Shown here in pieces: positions 19,627-29,446 of a stretch of DNA of 64,000 bases. How positions within the stretch are numbered: the stretch's first letter is position 1; every line of letters starts with the position of its first letter. The notes under the pieces are model-generated. The model was not told the origin of the DNA. It did not search any database and saw nothing but the letters and a program-made list of their open reading frames with translations. Source of the DNA: Candidatus Latescibacterota bacterium (lineage in GTDB: Bacteria; Latescibacterota; UBA2968; GCA-2709665); the NCBI GenBank assembly GCA_965226795.1, contig CBDDDZ010000005.1, positions 1,088,001 through 1,152,000 of the forward strand, read 5' to 3'. Both the position numbers and the translations under genes were made by a program.

Positions 19627-20478
19627 GTGGCCGGAATATTGATACAGGATAGCGAATCTCTGGATCTCTATCTGAGGGATATCTCTTCATCGGAGCCGCT
19701 TACTGCCGAGACAGAGATTGCACTCGCGCACCGGATCCGGAAGGGAGACCAGCGGGCCAGGGACAAGCTGGTTGCTTCGAATCTCCGTTTTGTCGTTAGT
19801 GTCGCCCGGGAATACCAGAACCATGGCGTGCCTTTGGCCGATCTTATCAGTGCGGGAAACATGGGTCTGATGACGGCCGCCGAACGATTTGACGGGACGC
19901 GGGGATTCAAGTTTATTTCCTATGCGGTCTGGTGGATCCGTCAGGCTATTCATCAAAGTCTGGCGCAGGATTCGCGCGTTGTGCGGTTGCCCATAAACCG
20001 GATCGATCTTTTGCACAATATTGCGAAGGTGTCGCGAGAGATTCGCCAGTCGGAAGAGGCCGATCCGGATCCTGAGACAATTGCGGAAAAGCTCGGCGTT
20101 TCGGTGGACATGGTGCAGGATACACTTCTCAGGGCGCGCGACGTATGGTCGCTTGATGCGTCGTTCAAGGACGACGACGACCACAGCCTGCTTCATATCC
20201 TGGCCGATAGCTCTCAAAAAGCGCCGGACCTGGATGTGGTCGACGAGTCGGTGAAGGATCAGGTCAGGATGGTCCTGGATACGCTCGACGCGAGGGAAGC
20301 GGAAGTGTTGAGGCTTTATTTCGGGTTGGGCGACGACGAAGCGATGACCCTGGAGGAAATCGGCACCCGGTTCAGCCTCACCAGGGAACGGGTTCGGCAG
20401 ATTAAGGAAAAGGCCCTCCGACGACTTCGCCATCCGCGCCGACGTCTGCAACTCGAGCCGCTGTTGGAGTCGGCATAG
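19627..20478 (+). CDS. RNA polymerase sigma70 factor, RpoD/SigA-like, lacking region 1.1
   Basis: GTG after GGAGG; SLDLYLRDI (1.2), NLRFVVSVA (2.1), GFKFISYAVWWIRQ (2.3/2.4), TLEEIG...TRERVRQI (4.2). Confidence 0.93.
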   Translation: MAGILIQDSESLDLYLRDISSSEPLTAETEIALAHRIRKGDQRARDKLVASNLRFVVSVAREYQNHGVPLADLISAGNMGLMTAAERFDGTRGFKFISYAVWWIRQAIHQSLAQDSRVVRLPINRIDLLHNIAKVSREIRQSEEADPDPETIAEKLGVSVDMVQDTLLRARDVWSLDASFKDDDDHSLLHILADSSQKAPDLDVVDESVKDQVRMVLDTLDAREAEVLRLYFGLGDDEAMTLEEIGTRFSLTRERVRQIKEKALRRLRHPRRRLQLEPLLESA

Positions 20479-20559
20479 GGCCGGGCCGGCCGATTGCCAG
20501 GGCCGCATCTGCTCGATCCTGGCCGCACGGCCGCGCCGACTCTGGTTGGGATCCCATGG

Positions 20560-20591
20560 GGCGGAGACCGAAAATGGTCTCCGCCTTTGTT
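20560..20591 (+). terminator. Intrinsic terminator after the sigma factor gene
   Basis: GGCGGAGACC-GAAAAT-GGTCTCCGCC-TTTGTT, perfect 10-bp stem. Confidence 0.7.
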
Positions 20592-20741
20592 CTGGTGCGC
20601 TACGTGTGCCAACGGCGGGCTGTTTCCGGTATCGCCGTAGGAAACCCGGGCAAGGATCCGGCTCCAAACCCTCTTTTCGTGAAAATTGAACGATTATATC
20701 GAAAAACGCCCTGTCTTTTCTGTCGCAGGGTATCGGCGTAC

Positions 20742-20771
20742 TTGACAAATTCCCACAATCAGTCCTATATT
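20742..20771 (+). promoter_or_regulatory. Putative sigma70 promoter of the HU gene
   Basis: TTGACA-18bp-TATATT. Confidence 0.55.
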
Positions 20772-20803
20772 CAGGGAAAATTCCGGAAAGGGGGTGAATT
20801 GCC

Positions 20804-21079
20804 ATGTCGAACAGGACCGATATAGTCGATGCGGTTGCCAATCAGGCCGGTCTGTCAAAAAGGAATGCGGAATCCGCACTGCGTGTCGTTCTGAATGAAA
20901 TCGCCGATTCGCTTAAAAACGGCGAACGTGTCGCGATTTCAGGTTTCGGTACGTTTTCAGTTGGAACCAGGGCCGCACGGACCGGTCGAAATCCTCAGAC
21001 GGGTGAGACTATTCAGATTACCGCGGGAAAGACCGTTCGTTTCAGAGCTGGCAAGGCGCTTAAGGACGCTGTCAATTGA
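20804..21079 (+). CDS. hup: DNA-binding protein HU
   Basis: GERVAISGFGTF, RAARTGRNPQTGE, FRAGKALKDAVN. Confidence 0.93.
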   Translation: MSNRTDIVDAVANQAGLSKRNAESALRVVLNEIADSLKNGERVAISGFGTFSVGTRAARTGRNPQTGETIQITAGKTVRFRAGKALKDAVN

Positions 21080-21105
21080 CCCAATAGAATCAAATTTTCC
21101 CAAGG

Positions 21106-21140
21106 AGCCTCGACAGCACCACACGATCGAGGCTTTTTTT
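21106..21140 (+). terminator. Intrinsic terminator after the HU gene
   Basis: AGCCTCGA-loop-TCGAGGCT followed by a T run. Confidence 0.7.
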
Positions 21141-21141
21141 C

Positions 21142-21170
21142 TTGACATAGCCCAATCCCCGGAATATACT
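21142..21170 (+). promoter_or_regulatory. Putative sigma70 promoter of the lipoprotein gene
   Basis: TTGACA-17bp-TATACT. Confidence 0.65.
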
Positions 21171-21244
21171 GTTCCGCGTGTAACGCGGGCGGGGCGTTCA
21201 GCGACGTCCGTCCTGACGCCTCGATGGACCTTATGGAGACAGGG

Positions 21245-21763
21245 ATGAATGGCCGATTGATGTTCGTTTTCTTGATGGTGAGCTCGGCGTTTACTCAGGG
21301 CTGTAGCGACCGTCTTGCGCAGATGCAGGAGCAGCTTGCAGGCACCTGGGAATTGGAGTCCCGATTGCTGCCGGATGGGACGGTGCTTCGACAACCCGAC
21401 GTCTCGGGCGTGTTCTCGTGGCAGCCGATCGATTCGCGGAAAGCCCACGTGACCCTGAACCTGCTGGTCGACGCGGGCGACGAAAAACCCAGGACATTTG
21501 AGTTTGCCGCAAGCAAGTACGAGATCTCCACCTCTGCGATCACGCGTTCCCGGTATCTGCTCATCCGACAGGGTTATCGCTCGTCATCCGAAGCGCCGAT
21601 CACGATATATCACAAGGCCAAGGTCGAAAAGGGTAAGATTACGCTGGAAGACGGTCTGATTCGCATCACGCACGAGCGAGGGTACAGCGAGGAGTTCAGG
21701 GGTGATCAGATGGTCGGATCGTTTCCCGATGTATTCGTGGATACCTGGAAGCGGGTGCGGTAG
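21245..21763 (+). CDS. Hypothetical lipoprotein, possibly a lipocalin-like beta-barrel
   Basis: Signal peptide ending TQG-C; LAGTWELES start and DTWKRV end are typical of lipocalin-like domains. Confidence 0.6.
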   Translation: MNGRLMFVFLMVSSAFTQGCSDRLAQMQEQLAGTWELESRLLPDGTVLRQPDVSGVFSWQPIDSRKAHVTLNLLVDAGDEKPRTFEFAASKYEISTSAITRSRYLLIRQGYRSSSEAPITIYHKAKVEKGKITLEDGLIRITHERGYSEEFRGDQMVGSFPDVFVDTWKRVR

Positions 21764-21965
21764 CGTGTGTAGAAACAGCACCGAAAACGCCTGGCCGGGG
21801 TGCTTTGCGTCGCCGAAGTGTACATAAACAGCGGTGTGCAGTTTCCTGACTCCGCGCCGCGGGGTCTTGGCGCCTTTCGATAGCAAAGCGTCGTGAATTC
21901 CCATCAGGCGTGTTGGACTCCCGATGAATGAACGTCGTTCGAATCGCAATGGAACCGGAAATGAG

Positions 21966-21998
21966 AAAGGCCGGACAATTTCCCGAGCCTTTTTTTTT
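21966..21998 (+). terminator. Intrinsic terminator
   Basis: AAAGGCCGG-loop-CCGAGCC followed by T9. Confidence 0.65.
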
Positions 21999-22262
21999 GT
22001 TCATTTCCGCGGACTCGGACGACCTGCGCCGCGTCAGGTCGCAACGCGCCCGCCCGCCCCGGACGGTTGTGTTTTGCGCTCGCGGAGGGTATCTTAGGTG
22101 CATGTTCCGGAACGTGGAAAAGGGTGAAGTATGCCGACGTTGCCTTGGAATCCGAATTAAAATGGGGCGGTCTCTGTCGCGGTCGTGGCGGATGTGACGT
22201 TTGCCCTCTTCGACCGGGCCGGAGATGCGGCAGACGATGCCGAAGCCGAGAGGAGACTCAAT

Positions 22263-23684
22263 ATGGCGGGTCTATTTGAGCCACTGAAAGACTTTGAAGT
22301 CAGAAAGATGCCGGAGCGGAAGCCGTCTTTCTGGAAACTGGCCGGACCTGGCGCAATTCTGGTGGGGCTTTCAATCGGTGCGGGTGAGATCGTTATCTGG
22401 CCACGCATCGTAGCGGAATACGGTGCCAGTATGGTATGGGCCGCATGCGTCGGCATTTTTCTCCAGCTCTGGATCAACTTTGAAGTGGGGCGGTGGACTG
22501 TTGCCACGGGCGAAACGGTATATACGGGATACAGCCGCGTATGGCGTGGATTCGCTCCCGTGTTTATCCTGCTGACGATATTCAGCTGGATCGCGCCGGG
22601 GTGGGGCCGCGCTTCCGGACTGGCTTTGAAGGCGCTGCTGGTGGGGCCGTATGGATGGGGCTCGGACACGTTCTGGACGGTAATCACCTTCGCGGGTGTG
22701 GCCCTGATTCTATTCGGGCCGAAGTTGATTTACCAATCCGTCGAGCGAAGCATTGAACTGCTCGTGGTGGTGGTGACAATCGGCCTGATTGTGGTCGCGT
22801 ACGCGGTTGGATCGGCGGAGACCTGGGCATCGCTGGGGAGAGGGGTCGCCAATGTCGGTTACATCGATCCGGGAATGAGTGTGAAGGCGATGTTCATCGC
22901 CCTTGTATTTGCAGGAGCCGGTGGTACGGCTAATCTCTTCTATACGTTTTACTTGCGCGATAAACATATCGGGATGGGCGCGCATCTGCCCAAAATGCGG
23001 AATCCGCTTCGAGGGCAGACCGAGGCGATGCCCTACACCGGATTTCGTTTTGAGGAGACGGAAGAGAATGTCGGTCATTTCAGGGGCTGGTTCGACTATG
23101 TAAAAAAAGATCAGATGCTGTTTTTCTGGGCTTTGAATTCCGTAACCATTTTGCTTTTTATTTTTGCTGCGCTTGCGGTTCTGCATCCGAATGGGATCGT
23201 ACCCGCCGGAGGTACGCTGATCTGGGACGAAGCCGAGGTTCTGGCAACGGTTTGGGGAGAGTCGGGTAGATATGTCTTTCTGATTGTGGGACTGGCCACA
23301 CTGTTCAGTACGCAGCTTGCTCTGGTCGACGGGGTATCGCGATCGATCGCCGACATGGTTTACACCAATTTCAAAGGGGCACGGAAGCGGGACTTAAGCT
23401 GGTGGTATCTGGTCGTGGCGGTAACATGGATCGTGGCCGGTTGCGCAATTACGTATGTGATGGAAGCCCGCGGGGTGAGTGAATTGGGATTCCTGTTCAA
23501 CGCCGCCTATATTGGCGGATTTGCAATGGCGCTTTATACGCCTCTGACTCTCTACATCAACCATCGTCACCTGCCCGCGGCCGCCCGGCCTGGATGGGTG
23601 TGCACCGTGATGATGGGAATTGCATCGCTCGTATATATCGCATTTGCCGTGGCGTGTGTGATCTGGGAATTCGGGCGGATCTGA
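22263..23684 (+). CDS. Nramp-related (APC fold) membrane transporter lacking the DPGN motif
   Basis: AGGAG RBS; GPGAILVGLSIGAGE, RWTVATGE, many hydrophobic segments. Confidence 0.75.
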   Translation: MAGLFEPLKDFEVRKMPERKPSFWKLAGPGAILVGLSIGAGEIVIWPRIVAEYGASMVWAACVGIFLQLWINFEVGRWTVATGETVYTGYSRVWRGFAPVFILLTIFSWIAPGWGRASGLALKALLVGPYGWGSDTFWTVITFAGVALILFGPKLIYQSVERSIELLVVVVTIGLIVVAYAVGSAETWASLGRGVANVGYIDPGMSVKAMFIALVFAGAGGTANLFYTFYLRDKHIGMGAHLPKMRNPLRGQTEAMPYTGFRFEETEENVGHFRGWFDYVKKDQMLFFWALNSVTILLFIFAALAVLHPNGIVPAGGTLIWDEAEVLATVWGESGRYVFLIVGLATLFSTQLALVDGVSRSIADMVYTNFKGARKRDLSWWYLVVAVTWIVAGCAITYVMEARGVSELGFLFNAAYIGGFAMALYTPLTLYINHRHLPAAARPGWVCTVMMGIASLVYIAFAVACVIWEFGRI

Positions 23685-23700
23685 GGAGGAAGCCTAGAGC

Positions 23701-24783
23701 ATGTGCCCCGACGGCGCAGTTTTCCGTGTGGCGCTTACCGCCGATTTTTACGAGTCCGACGGAACGCGCAAATTCAAGGACATGGGCCTGTCGGTATTTG
23801 ACGACCAGGTCCATATTCGAACGTCGGTATTCGATGCACATCGCCCGGAGATCGGTGCCGATCAGGTAAAGGACGTACAGGGCGTGGTTGTACTCACGCC
23901 GGCGGTGACCGCCGAGACTGTGTCGGCATCGGAAGATCTGTTGGCCATCGGCCGGTTCGGTGTGGGGTACGACTCGGTCGACGTGGGGGCCTGTACGGAG
24001 GCTGACGTGGTCGTGCTCATCATGGCAGGCGCGGTCGACCGGTCGGTGGCTGAGGCAACCGTGGGTTGGATGATTGCCCTGACCCACCACATGCGAGCCA
24101 AGGATCGGCTGGTGCGGACTGGCGAGTGGGATGATCGAACCCGATATATGGGACGTGAGTTGAGAGACCGTACGTTCGGGGCTGTGGGGCTGGGCGGAAT
24201 CGCACGGGAGACGGTACGGTTGCTGGGTACGTTCGGAATGAATCCACCCCTGGCATTCGACCCTTACATCGATCCCCGCGAGGCTCGGAAGCTGGGGGTG
24301 TCACTTGTGTCGCTCGAGGAGTTGATGGCGGCTTCCGATTTTGTATCCATCCACTGTCCGTTGACCGCGGAGACGGAAGGCCTGATCGGCGTGCGGGAAC
24401 TGTCCCTGATGAAGCAGGATGCCTATCTCGTCAATACGGCGAGGGGTGGCATTGTGGATGAGGATGCGCTGTTCAGGTCCCTGGAAGCCGGTGCGATATC
24501 CGGTGCGGCGCTGGACTGTTTTGCGGTGGAACCAATTGTGGAACCTCAACGTTTTGGTAAATTCGAAAACGTCATGCTTGCGCCACATTCGGTCGCCTGG
24601 ACGGATGAATTGTTTCGTGACATCGGACGTGCGGTCTGCCAGAGTATGGTGGATCTGTCACTCGGTATGCGCCCCCGGGGTGTGGTGAATCCGGAAGTAT
24701 TCCACCGCGGTGGCTTTCAGGAGAAGTGGTCACGGCTGCGACGGGAACGAGAACCCCGCACGTTCGGGAATGACACCGCTTGA
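23701..24783 (+). CDS. D-isomer-specific 2-hydroxyacid dehydrogenase
   Basis: RFGVGYDSVD, GAVGLGGIA, SIHCPLT, VNTARGGIVDE, AALDCF..EP, LAPH. Confidence 0.92.
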   Translation: MCPDGAVFRVALTADFYESDGTRKFKDMGLSVFDDQVHIRTSVFDAHRPEIGADQVKDVQGVVVLTPAVTAETVSASEDLLAIGRFGVGYDSVDVGACTEADVVVLIMAGAVDRSVAEATVGWMIALTHHMRAKDRLVRTGEWDDRTRYMGRELRDRTFGAVGLGGIARETVRLLGTFGMNPPLAFDPYIDPREARKLGVSLVSLEELMAASDFVSIHCPLTAETEGLIGVRELSLMKQDAYLVNTARGGIVDEDALFRSLEAGAISGAALDCFAVEPIVEPQRFGKFENVMLAPHSVAWTDELFRDIGRAVCQSMVDLSLGMRPRGVVNPEVFHRGGFQEKWSRLRREREPRTFGNDTA

Positions 24784-24827
24784 AGACGGGTCATTCGTAA
24801 CTCACACACGCGAAGAAGGGGGGGGCT

Positions 24828-26303
24828 GTGTCTGACACTATCAGAATTCATCCGGAAAACAGAAAGGTCTTTGACTATCGCGGGCGCGCCCTGGTTTTGC
24901 TATGTGCGACCGAACACTACGGGGCGGTGACAAACAGGCCGTTTCGGTTCGAACGGTATCTGGCGGACGCCGACGAAAGGGGGCAGACCCTCACACGGTT
25001 GTTTACGCTGTTCAGAGAGTTGCAGACGCCCGTAAATCCGTATTCAACGTGCAAGCCCGAATCACCGGACTATATTGCGCCGTTTGAACGAACCGGCCCC
25101 GGCAATGCGCTGGACGGACAGCCGAGGTACGATCTGACCCGATGGGATAATGAGTTTTTCGAGCGTTTACACGCATTTCTGTCTCTTGCGGAGACGTACG
25201 GGATTGTCGTGGAGGTGGTACTCTTCAGCAACACGTACAAGGATGAGGTCTGGGCGCTCAATCCGCTGAATCCCGCCAACAATATTACAATGGATCCACC
25301 GGACCCGCCAGTACCCTGGCAGGAGTATATGACCTGCCGGAGGAAGGACCTGTTGGGCTGGCAGCGCGCGCACGTGCGGCGCATTGTAGAAGAGACCAAC
25401 CGGTACGGGAACGTGATCTACGAGATCTGCAACGAACCGTGTCATTTTCCCGGCTCGGACGGTTTGCCCGGATCGGAGGAGGTGAATGGATGGCAGGCAC
25501 AATTCATCGCACAGATCCGCGAACTGGAAAGTGAGATGCCGAATCGGCACCTGATTGCCGGCCAGGAGGCGATGACGATCAGGCCGTTCGATCAGCCCTC
25601 CGACGGATCGTTCGAGGCGATGGACTTCGACGTCGTGAATATTCACCCGTTGCCGAATACCCTGTGCGATGGTCGGAGTTACGATCTCGGCGACTTCATG
25701 TCCAAGCAGCTCAAGTTGCGGCCGCTGCGTGATTTTACCCTCGCGACCTATGGACGGCCGAAGCCACTCAATCACGATGAGGATAACATCGCGACGCAAT
25801 ACAAGGAAATTGAAGGATGGACGGTGCATCGCAAGCGGGCCTGGACCGCGCTTTTTTCAGGGGCGCATTACGATATGATAGACTTTTCCATCCTGCCGTA
25901 CCTTGAGGCGGGAACACCCCACTCCCGAAACGGGATTCGGAGGTGGATGGGCCATCTGTCCCGCTTTATCCATTCGATCGATCTTGCCAGGGCGCGTCCC
26001 GTCATGCCGGATTGGATTCAGGAGCGGCCGGATCATACCGTGGAATCGGTGTTCGCGGTTGCAGGCGAGGACTATTGCATCTATCTCGCCGACGGCCGCG
26101 AACGGGAAGAAGCCGGATGCGGCGAACCGATCGAGGGAAAGCTTTGTTTTGACCTGCCGACGGGAGCGTTCGAGGTGTCCTGTTTTTCGCCGGCGGACGG
26201 CGTTTATTCTCCCCGTATCCCACTCGGCGGCGGCGAATTGCGCCAGGTGACTTTGCCGCCATTCCGGCACGACATTGTGATTCGTGTCAGAAAAGCGGAA
26301 TAA
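24828..26303 (+). CDS. Putative clan GH-A (GH5-like) glycoside hydrolase, cytoplasmic
   Basis: FFERLHAFL..A..YGIVVEVVLF, YGNVIYEICNEP (acid/base NEP motif), C-terminal beta domain. Confidence 0.6.
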   Translation: MSDTIRIHPENRKVFDYRGRALVLLCATEHYGAVTNRPFRFERYLADADERGQTLTRLFTLFRELQTPVNPYSTCKPESPDYIAPFERTGPGNALDGQPRYDLTRWDNEFFERLHAFLSLAETYGIVVEVVLFSNTYKDEVWALNPLNPANNITMDPPDPPVPWQEYMTCRRKDLLGWQRAHVRRIVEETNRYGNVIYEICNEPCHFPGSDGLPGSEEVNGWQAQFIAQIRELESEMPNRHLIAGQEAMTIRPFDQPSDGSFEAMDFDVVNIHPLPNTLCDGRSYDLGDFMSKQLKLRPLRDFTLATYGRPKPLNHDEDNIATQYKEIEGWTVHRKRAWTALFSGAHYDMIDFSILPYLEAGTPHSRNGIRRWMGHLSRFIHSIDLARARPVMPDWIQERPDHTVESVFAVAGEDYCIYLADGREREEAGCGEPIEGKLCFDLPTGAFEVSCFSPADGVYSPRIPLGGGELRQVTLPPFRHDIVIRVRKAE

Positions 26304-26306
26304 GGC

Positions 26307-27116
26307 ATGGGACGACTGGCGGGACAGGTCGCCTGGGTGAGCGGCGGCGCTTCCGGAATGGGAAAGGCCGCGGCCGAACTCTTCGCCGCTGAAGGCGCCC
26401 GGGTCGCCGTTGTCGACGTTCAGGTGGAACGCGGCCGCCAAGTGGCGGATCGCATTGCGGAACAGGGTGGAGAGGCGATTTTTCTGGCGTGCGACGTGGC
26501 GGAGGGAGAACAGGTACGGGACTCGATCGAAGCGACCACGGCGCGTTTCGGAGAATTGCAGACCATTGTCAATTGTGCCGGCATCGTGCACATTGCGTGC
26601 CTGCACGAGTATTCCGAGAAGGATTGGGATCGGTTGATGGGGATCAATCTCAAGTCAATTTTCTTTTCCCTAAAGTACGGTATCCCCTACTTCAGGCAGC
26701 ACACGCGCAGTTATATGGTGAATATAGGATCGGTCGGCAGCTTTATCGGTCAGGCGGAAACGCCCGCCTATACAACGTCCAAGCACGCGGTGCTGGGATT
26801 GAGCCGGTCGATTGCGCTGGATTATGCCGTTGACGGGCTGCGCTGCAACTGTATCTGTCCGGGTATTACGGATACACCCATGTTACGGTACCATCTGAAT
26901 ACGACACCGGATCCGGAGGCCACGCTGGCACAGCGCCTGCAACGCGTCCCGACAGGAGCCGTTATCAGACCCGCCGATGTTGCACGGGCAGCGCTTTACT
27001 TCTGCTCCGAGGCGTCCGCGGGGATTACCGGCACGTCCCTGGTGATCGACGGCGGATATATCGCCGCGGCGGAGTGGGAGACGCCGGGTCCAACACGATT
27101 CACGGAGGAGCCGTGA
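26307..27116 (+). CDS. SDR family oxidoreductase
   Basis: SGGASGMG, VNCAG, YTTSK catalytic YxxxK, NCICPG. Confidence 0.93.
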   Translation: MGRLAGQVAWVSGGASGMGKAAAELFAAEGARVAVVDVQVERGRQVADRIAEQGGEAIFLACDVAEGEQVRDSIEATTARFGELQTIVNCAGIVHIACLHEYSEKDWDRLMGINLKSIFFSLKYGIPYFRQHTRSYMVNIGSVGSFIGQAETPAYTTSKHAVLGLSRSIALDYAVDGLRCNCICPGITDTPMLRYHLNTTPDPEATLAQRLQRVPTGAVIRPADVARAALYFCSEASAGITGTSLVIDGGYIAAAEWETPGPTRFTEEP

Positions 27117-27949
27117 ACGCGAGACTGGCATGCTCGGATTTTACCTTTCCTCTGCTTCCGCACGACGGGGCGCTTCAGCTGGTCTCCATGCTGGGTTTCG
27201 AGGGCGTGGACATCGGACTCTTCGAGGAGCGCTCTCATCTGTGGCCTTCGCGTGAGTTTCAAGACGTGCCGCGCTCCGCGCGCCGGCTCCGAAGGAAATT
27301 GGATGACCTGGGACTGGAGCCGGCCGATGTTTTTTTACAAATGGCCATGGATTTCGTGCCCTATGCAGTCAACCACCCGCAGCGCGCGCGGCGTCTGAAA
27401 GCGCGGGACTGGTACCTTAAGGCGCTGGAGTACGCCGCCGAATGCGGGTGCCTGCACGTAACGACATTGCCGGGTGTGTATAATCAGGGCGAGTCACGCG
27501 CCGACTCGTTCAGCCGGGCCGTCGATGAATTGAACTGGCGTGTGGCGCAAGCGAAGGCGCACGGCATTGTATTTGGCGTTGAGGCACACGTCGGATCACT
27601 GGCCGCCCGGCCGAAATCGACGGAACGACTGGTACAGGCCGTTCCCGGCCTGACGCTGACGCTGGATTATACGCACTTCACGAAAATCGGGCTGCCGGAT
27701 TCGGATGTGGAGCCCCTCATGAAATACGCCAGTCACTTCCACGCGCGCGGCGCGCGGCGGGGCCGGATACAGACGTCTTTCGATCGCAACGTCATTGACT
27801 ACAGGCGTGTTGTTGAAGCGATGAGGGCGACCGGATATCGAGGATGGCTGGGCGTCGAATACGTATGGATCGACTGGGAACACTGCAACGAATGCGATAA
27901 CGTATCCGAGACGGTAAAGTTCCGTGATTTTTTTAGATCGATGGATTGA
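27113..27949 (+). CDS. Sugar phosphate isomerase/epimerase (xylose-isomerase-like TIM barrel)
   Basis: GTGA overlap with the SDR stop; GFEGVDI, FGVEAH, LDYTH, HFHAR, GYRGWLGVE. Confidence 0.85.
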   Translation: MNARLACSDFTFPLLPHDGALQLVSMLGFEGVDIGLFEERSHLWPSREFQDVPRSARRLRRKLDDLGLEPADVFLQMAMDFVPYAVNHPQRARRLKARDWYLKALEYAAECGCLHVTTLPGVYNQGESRADSFSRAVDELNWRVAQAKAHGIVFGVEAHVGSLAARPKSTERLVQAVPGLTLTLDYTHFTKIGLPDSDVEPLMKYASHFHARGARRGRIQTSFDRNVIDYRRVVEAMRATGYRGWLGVEYVWIDWEHCNECDNVSETVKFRDFFRSMD

Positions 27950-28023
27950 GAGTACCAAGGAAATCGTCGGCCATACGTGCGTGCTTCGATACTTCGGAGG
28001 CGCGCGCGCTGGGTTTTGCCCTA

Positions 28024-28052
28024 TTGACAAGCCTCGGAAACAGGAGTATATT
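28024..28052 (+). promoter_or_regulatory. Putative sigma70 promoter of ssb
   Basis: TTGACA-17bp-TATATT. Confidence 0.65.
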
Positions 28053-28130
28053 CGATTGAACGCACTTACGGAAAGGTTAGTGCCATAGTCCATATCGGAT
28101 TGTTTTTATTTTATTTAAAGGAGATAAATC

Positions 28131-28625
28131 ATGGCACGTAGAGGTGTGAACAAAGTGATTCTGATTGGCAATATCGGTGCGGATCCGGAGTTGCGATATA
28201 CACCTACCGGAACCGCTGTCACGAACTTCAATATGGCGACTAACGAGAATTGGACGGACAGTTCCGGCGAACGCCAGGAGCGGACCGAATGGCACCGGAT
28301 TGTCGTTTGGGGCCGGCTGGCTGAAATCTGCAATCAGTATCTGCGAAAGGGCAGCAAGGTCTACGTCGAGGGGCGCTTGCAAACCAGCAGCTGGGAAGGG
28401 AAGGATGGACAGAAGCGATATACCACCGAGGTCGTTGCCAGGGATATGCAGATGCTGGACTCCCGGGAGGATATCGATGCGGGCGGGGGATTTTCCCGCG
28501 GTCCGGGTGGACCGACCGACGGAACGCAAGACGTCCAACCGGGGTCCGGCGAAGCTGGGGGCGGCACGGATTCGGGCGGGTCGGGCCCGCCGCCGTACAG
28601 TGCGGACGACGACCTGCCGTTCTGA
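28131..28625 (+). CDS. ssb: Single-stranded DNA-binding protein
   Basis: [29 protein letters not shown], Gly-rich linker, C-terminal DDDLPF. Confidence 0.97.
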   Translation: MARRGVNKVILIGNIGADPELRYTPTGTAVTNFNMATNENWTDSSGERQERTEWHRIVVWGRLAEICNQYLRKGSKVYVEGRLQTSSWEGKDGQKRYTTEVVARDMQMLDSREDIDAGGGFSRGPGGPTDGTQDVQPGSGEAGGGTDSGGSGPPPYSADDDLPF

Positions 28626-28809
28626 ACACGGTGGTCGCCGTCATCGAGAAATAGTACGGGATATCCCGAGATCAGAGGGCTGCGATTTCTTGTTGCAGCC
28701 CCATGATATGTACGTAAATTGAGTGCGCTCCCGCGCCCGGGACGAGTTTCGCGTCCCCCCGGCGAGCGGACATCCGCTGGTCTTTTGTGGTTAAACAACG
28801 GGTGTGGGC

Positions 28810-29415
28810 ATGTTGAAGTTAATTACGTTTTTTTCCGGCGCGGCGCTCATGGGGTTGGAAATTGCGGGAAGCCGGGTGCTTGCGCCGTATTTCGGCAGTT
28901 CGGTTTTTGTCTGGGGCAGCCTGATCGCGGTTGTGCTGGCCGCGTTGAGTATCGGTGCGTATTCCGGAGGTAGGCTGGCTGACCGGATGCCGACGGGGCC
29001 GCCACTGGCTGGGTTGCTGGGTCTGGCAGGGCTGGTGGCGTTGGTTTTGCCCTGGGTGGCGGCGGCGGTGAATCGGGCCGTTTTTGTGATGAATCTGGGT
29101 CCCCGTGGCGGCCCGTTGCTGGCTTCGGTCGTGCTTTTCGCGATACCGGGAGTTGCGCTGGGGGCGATTACGCCGTTTGTTGTCCGGATGCTGGCGGATC
29201 GCGTGGACAGGGTCGGCGGCGTTGCGGGGACGGTGTCCGCATTGTCTGCGGCGGGCAGCATTGTGGGGACCCTGGGCACTGCGTTCTACCTGATTCCCGT
29301 AATGGGGGTGCGGAATATACTGCACCTGATCGGAGTGGTGCTTCTGGTGTTGGCGGCGGTGGCTCTGTGGGGAACGGATAGGGCCGCGCCGGAACATGCG
29401 GGAACACGCGCCTAG
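28810..29415 (+). CDS. Membrane domain of the fused MFS/spermidine-synthase-like family, encoded separately
   Basis: FSGAALMGLEIAGSRVLAPYFGSSVFVWGSLI...GGRLADR...GSIVGT. Confidence 0.85.
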   Translation: MLKLITFFSGAALMGLEIAGSRVLAPYFGSSVFVWGSLIAVVLAALSIGAYSGGRLADRMPTGPPLAGLLGLAGLVALVLPWVAAAVNRAVFVMNLGPRGGPLLASVVLFAIPGVALGAITPFVVRMLADRVDRVGGVAGTVSALSAAGSIVGTLGTAFYLIPVMGVRNILHLIGVVLLVLAAVALWGTDRAAPEHAGTRA

Positions 29416-29446
29416 ACCGCACGGCCGGGACGAGGCTAGGAAAAGG

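Noticed and set aside
21775..21830. Minus-strand GACGCAAAGCACCCCGGCC resembling part of a c-di-GMP-I riboswitch
   Set aside because: The upstream GNRA (GAAA) hairpin is missing and no gene lies downstream on that strand
22000..22262. Possible yybP-ykoY manganese riboswitch before the Nramp-like gene
   Set aside because: No GGGGAGUA-type conserved core is visible, and the transporter lacks DPGN
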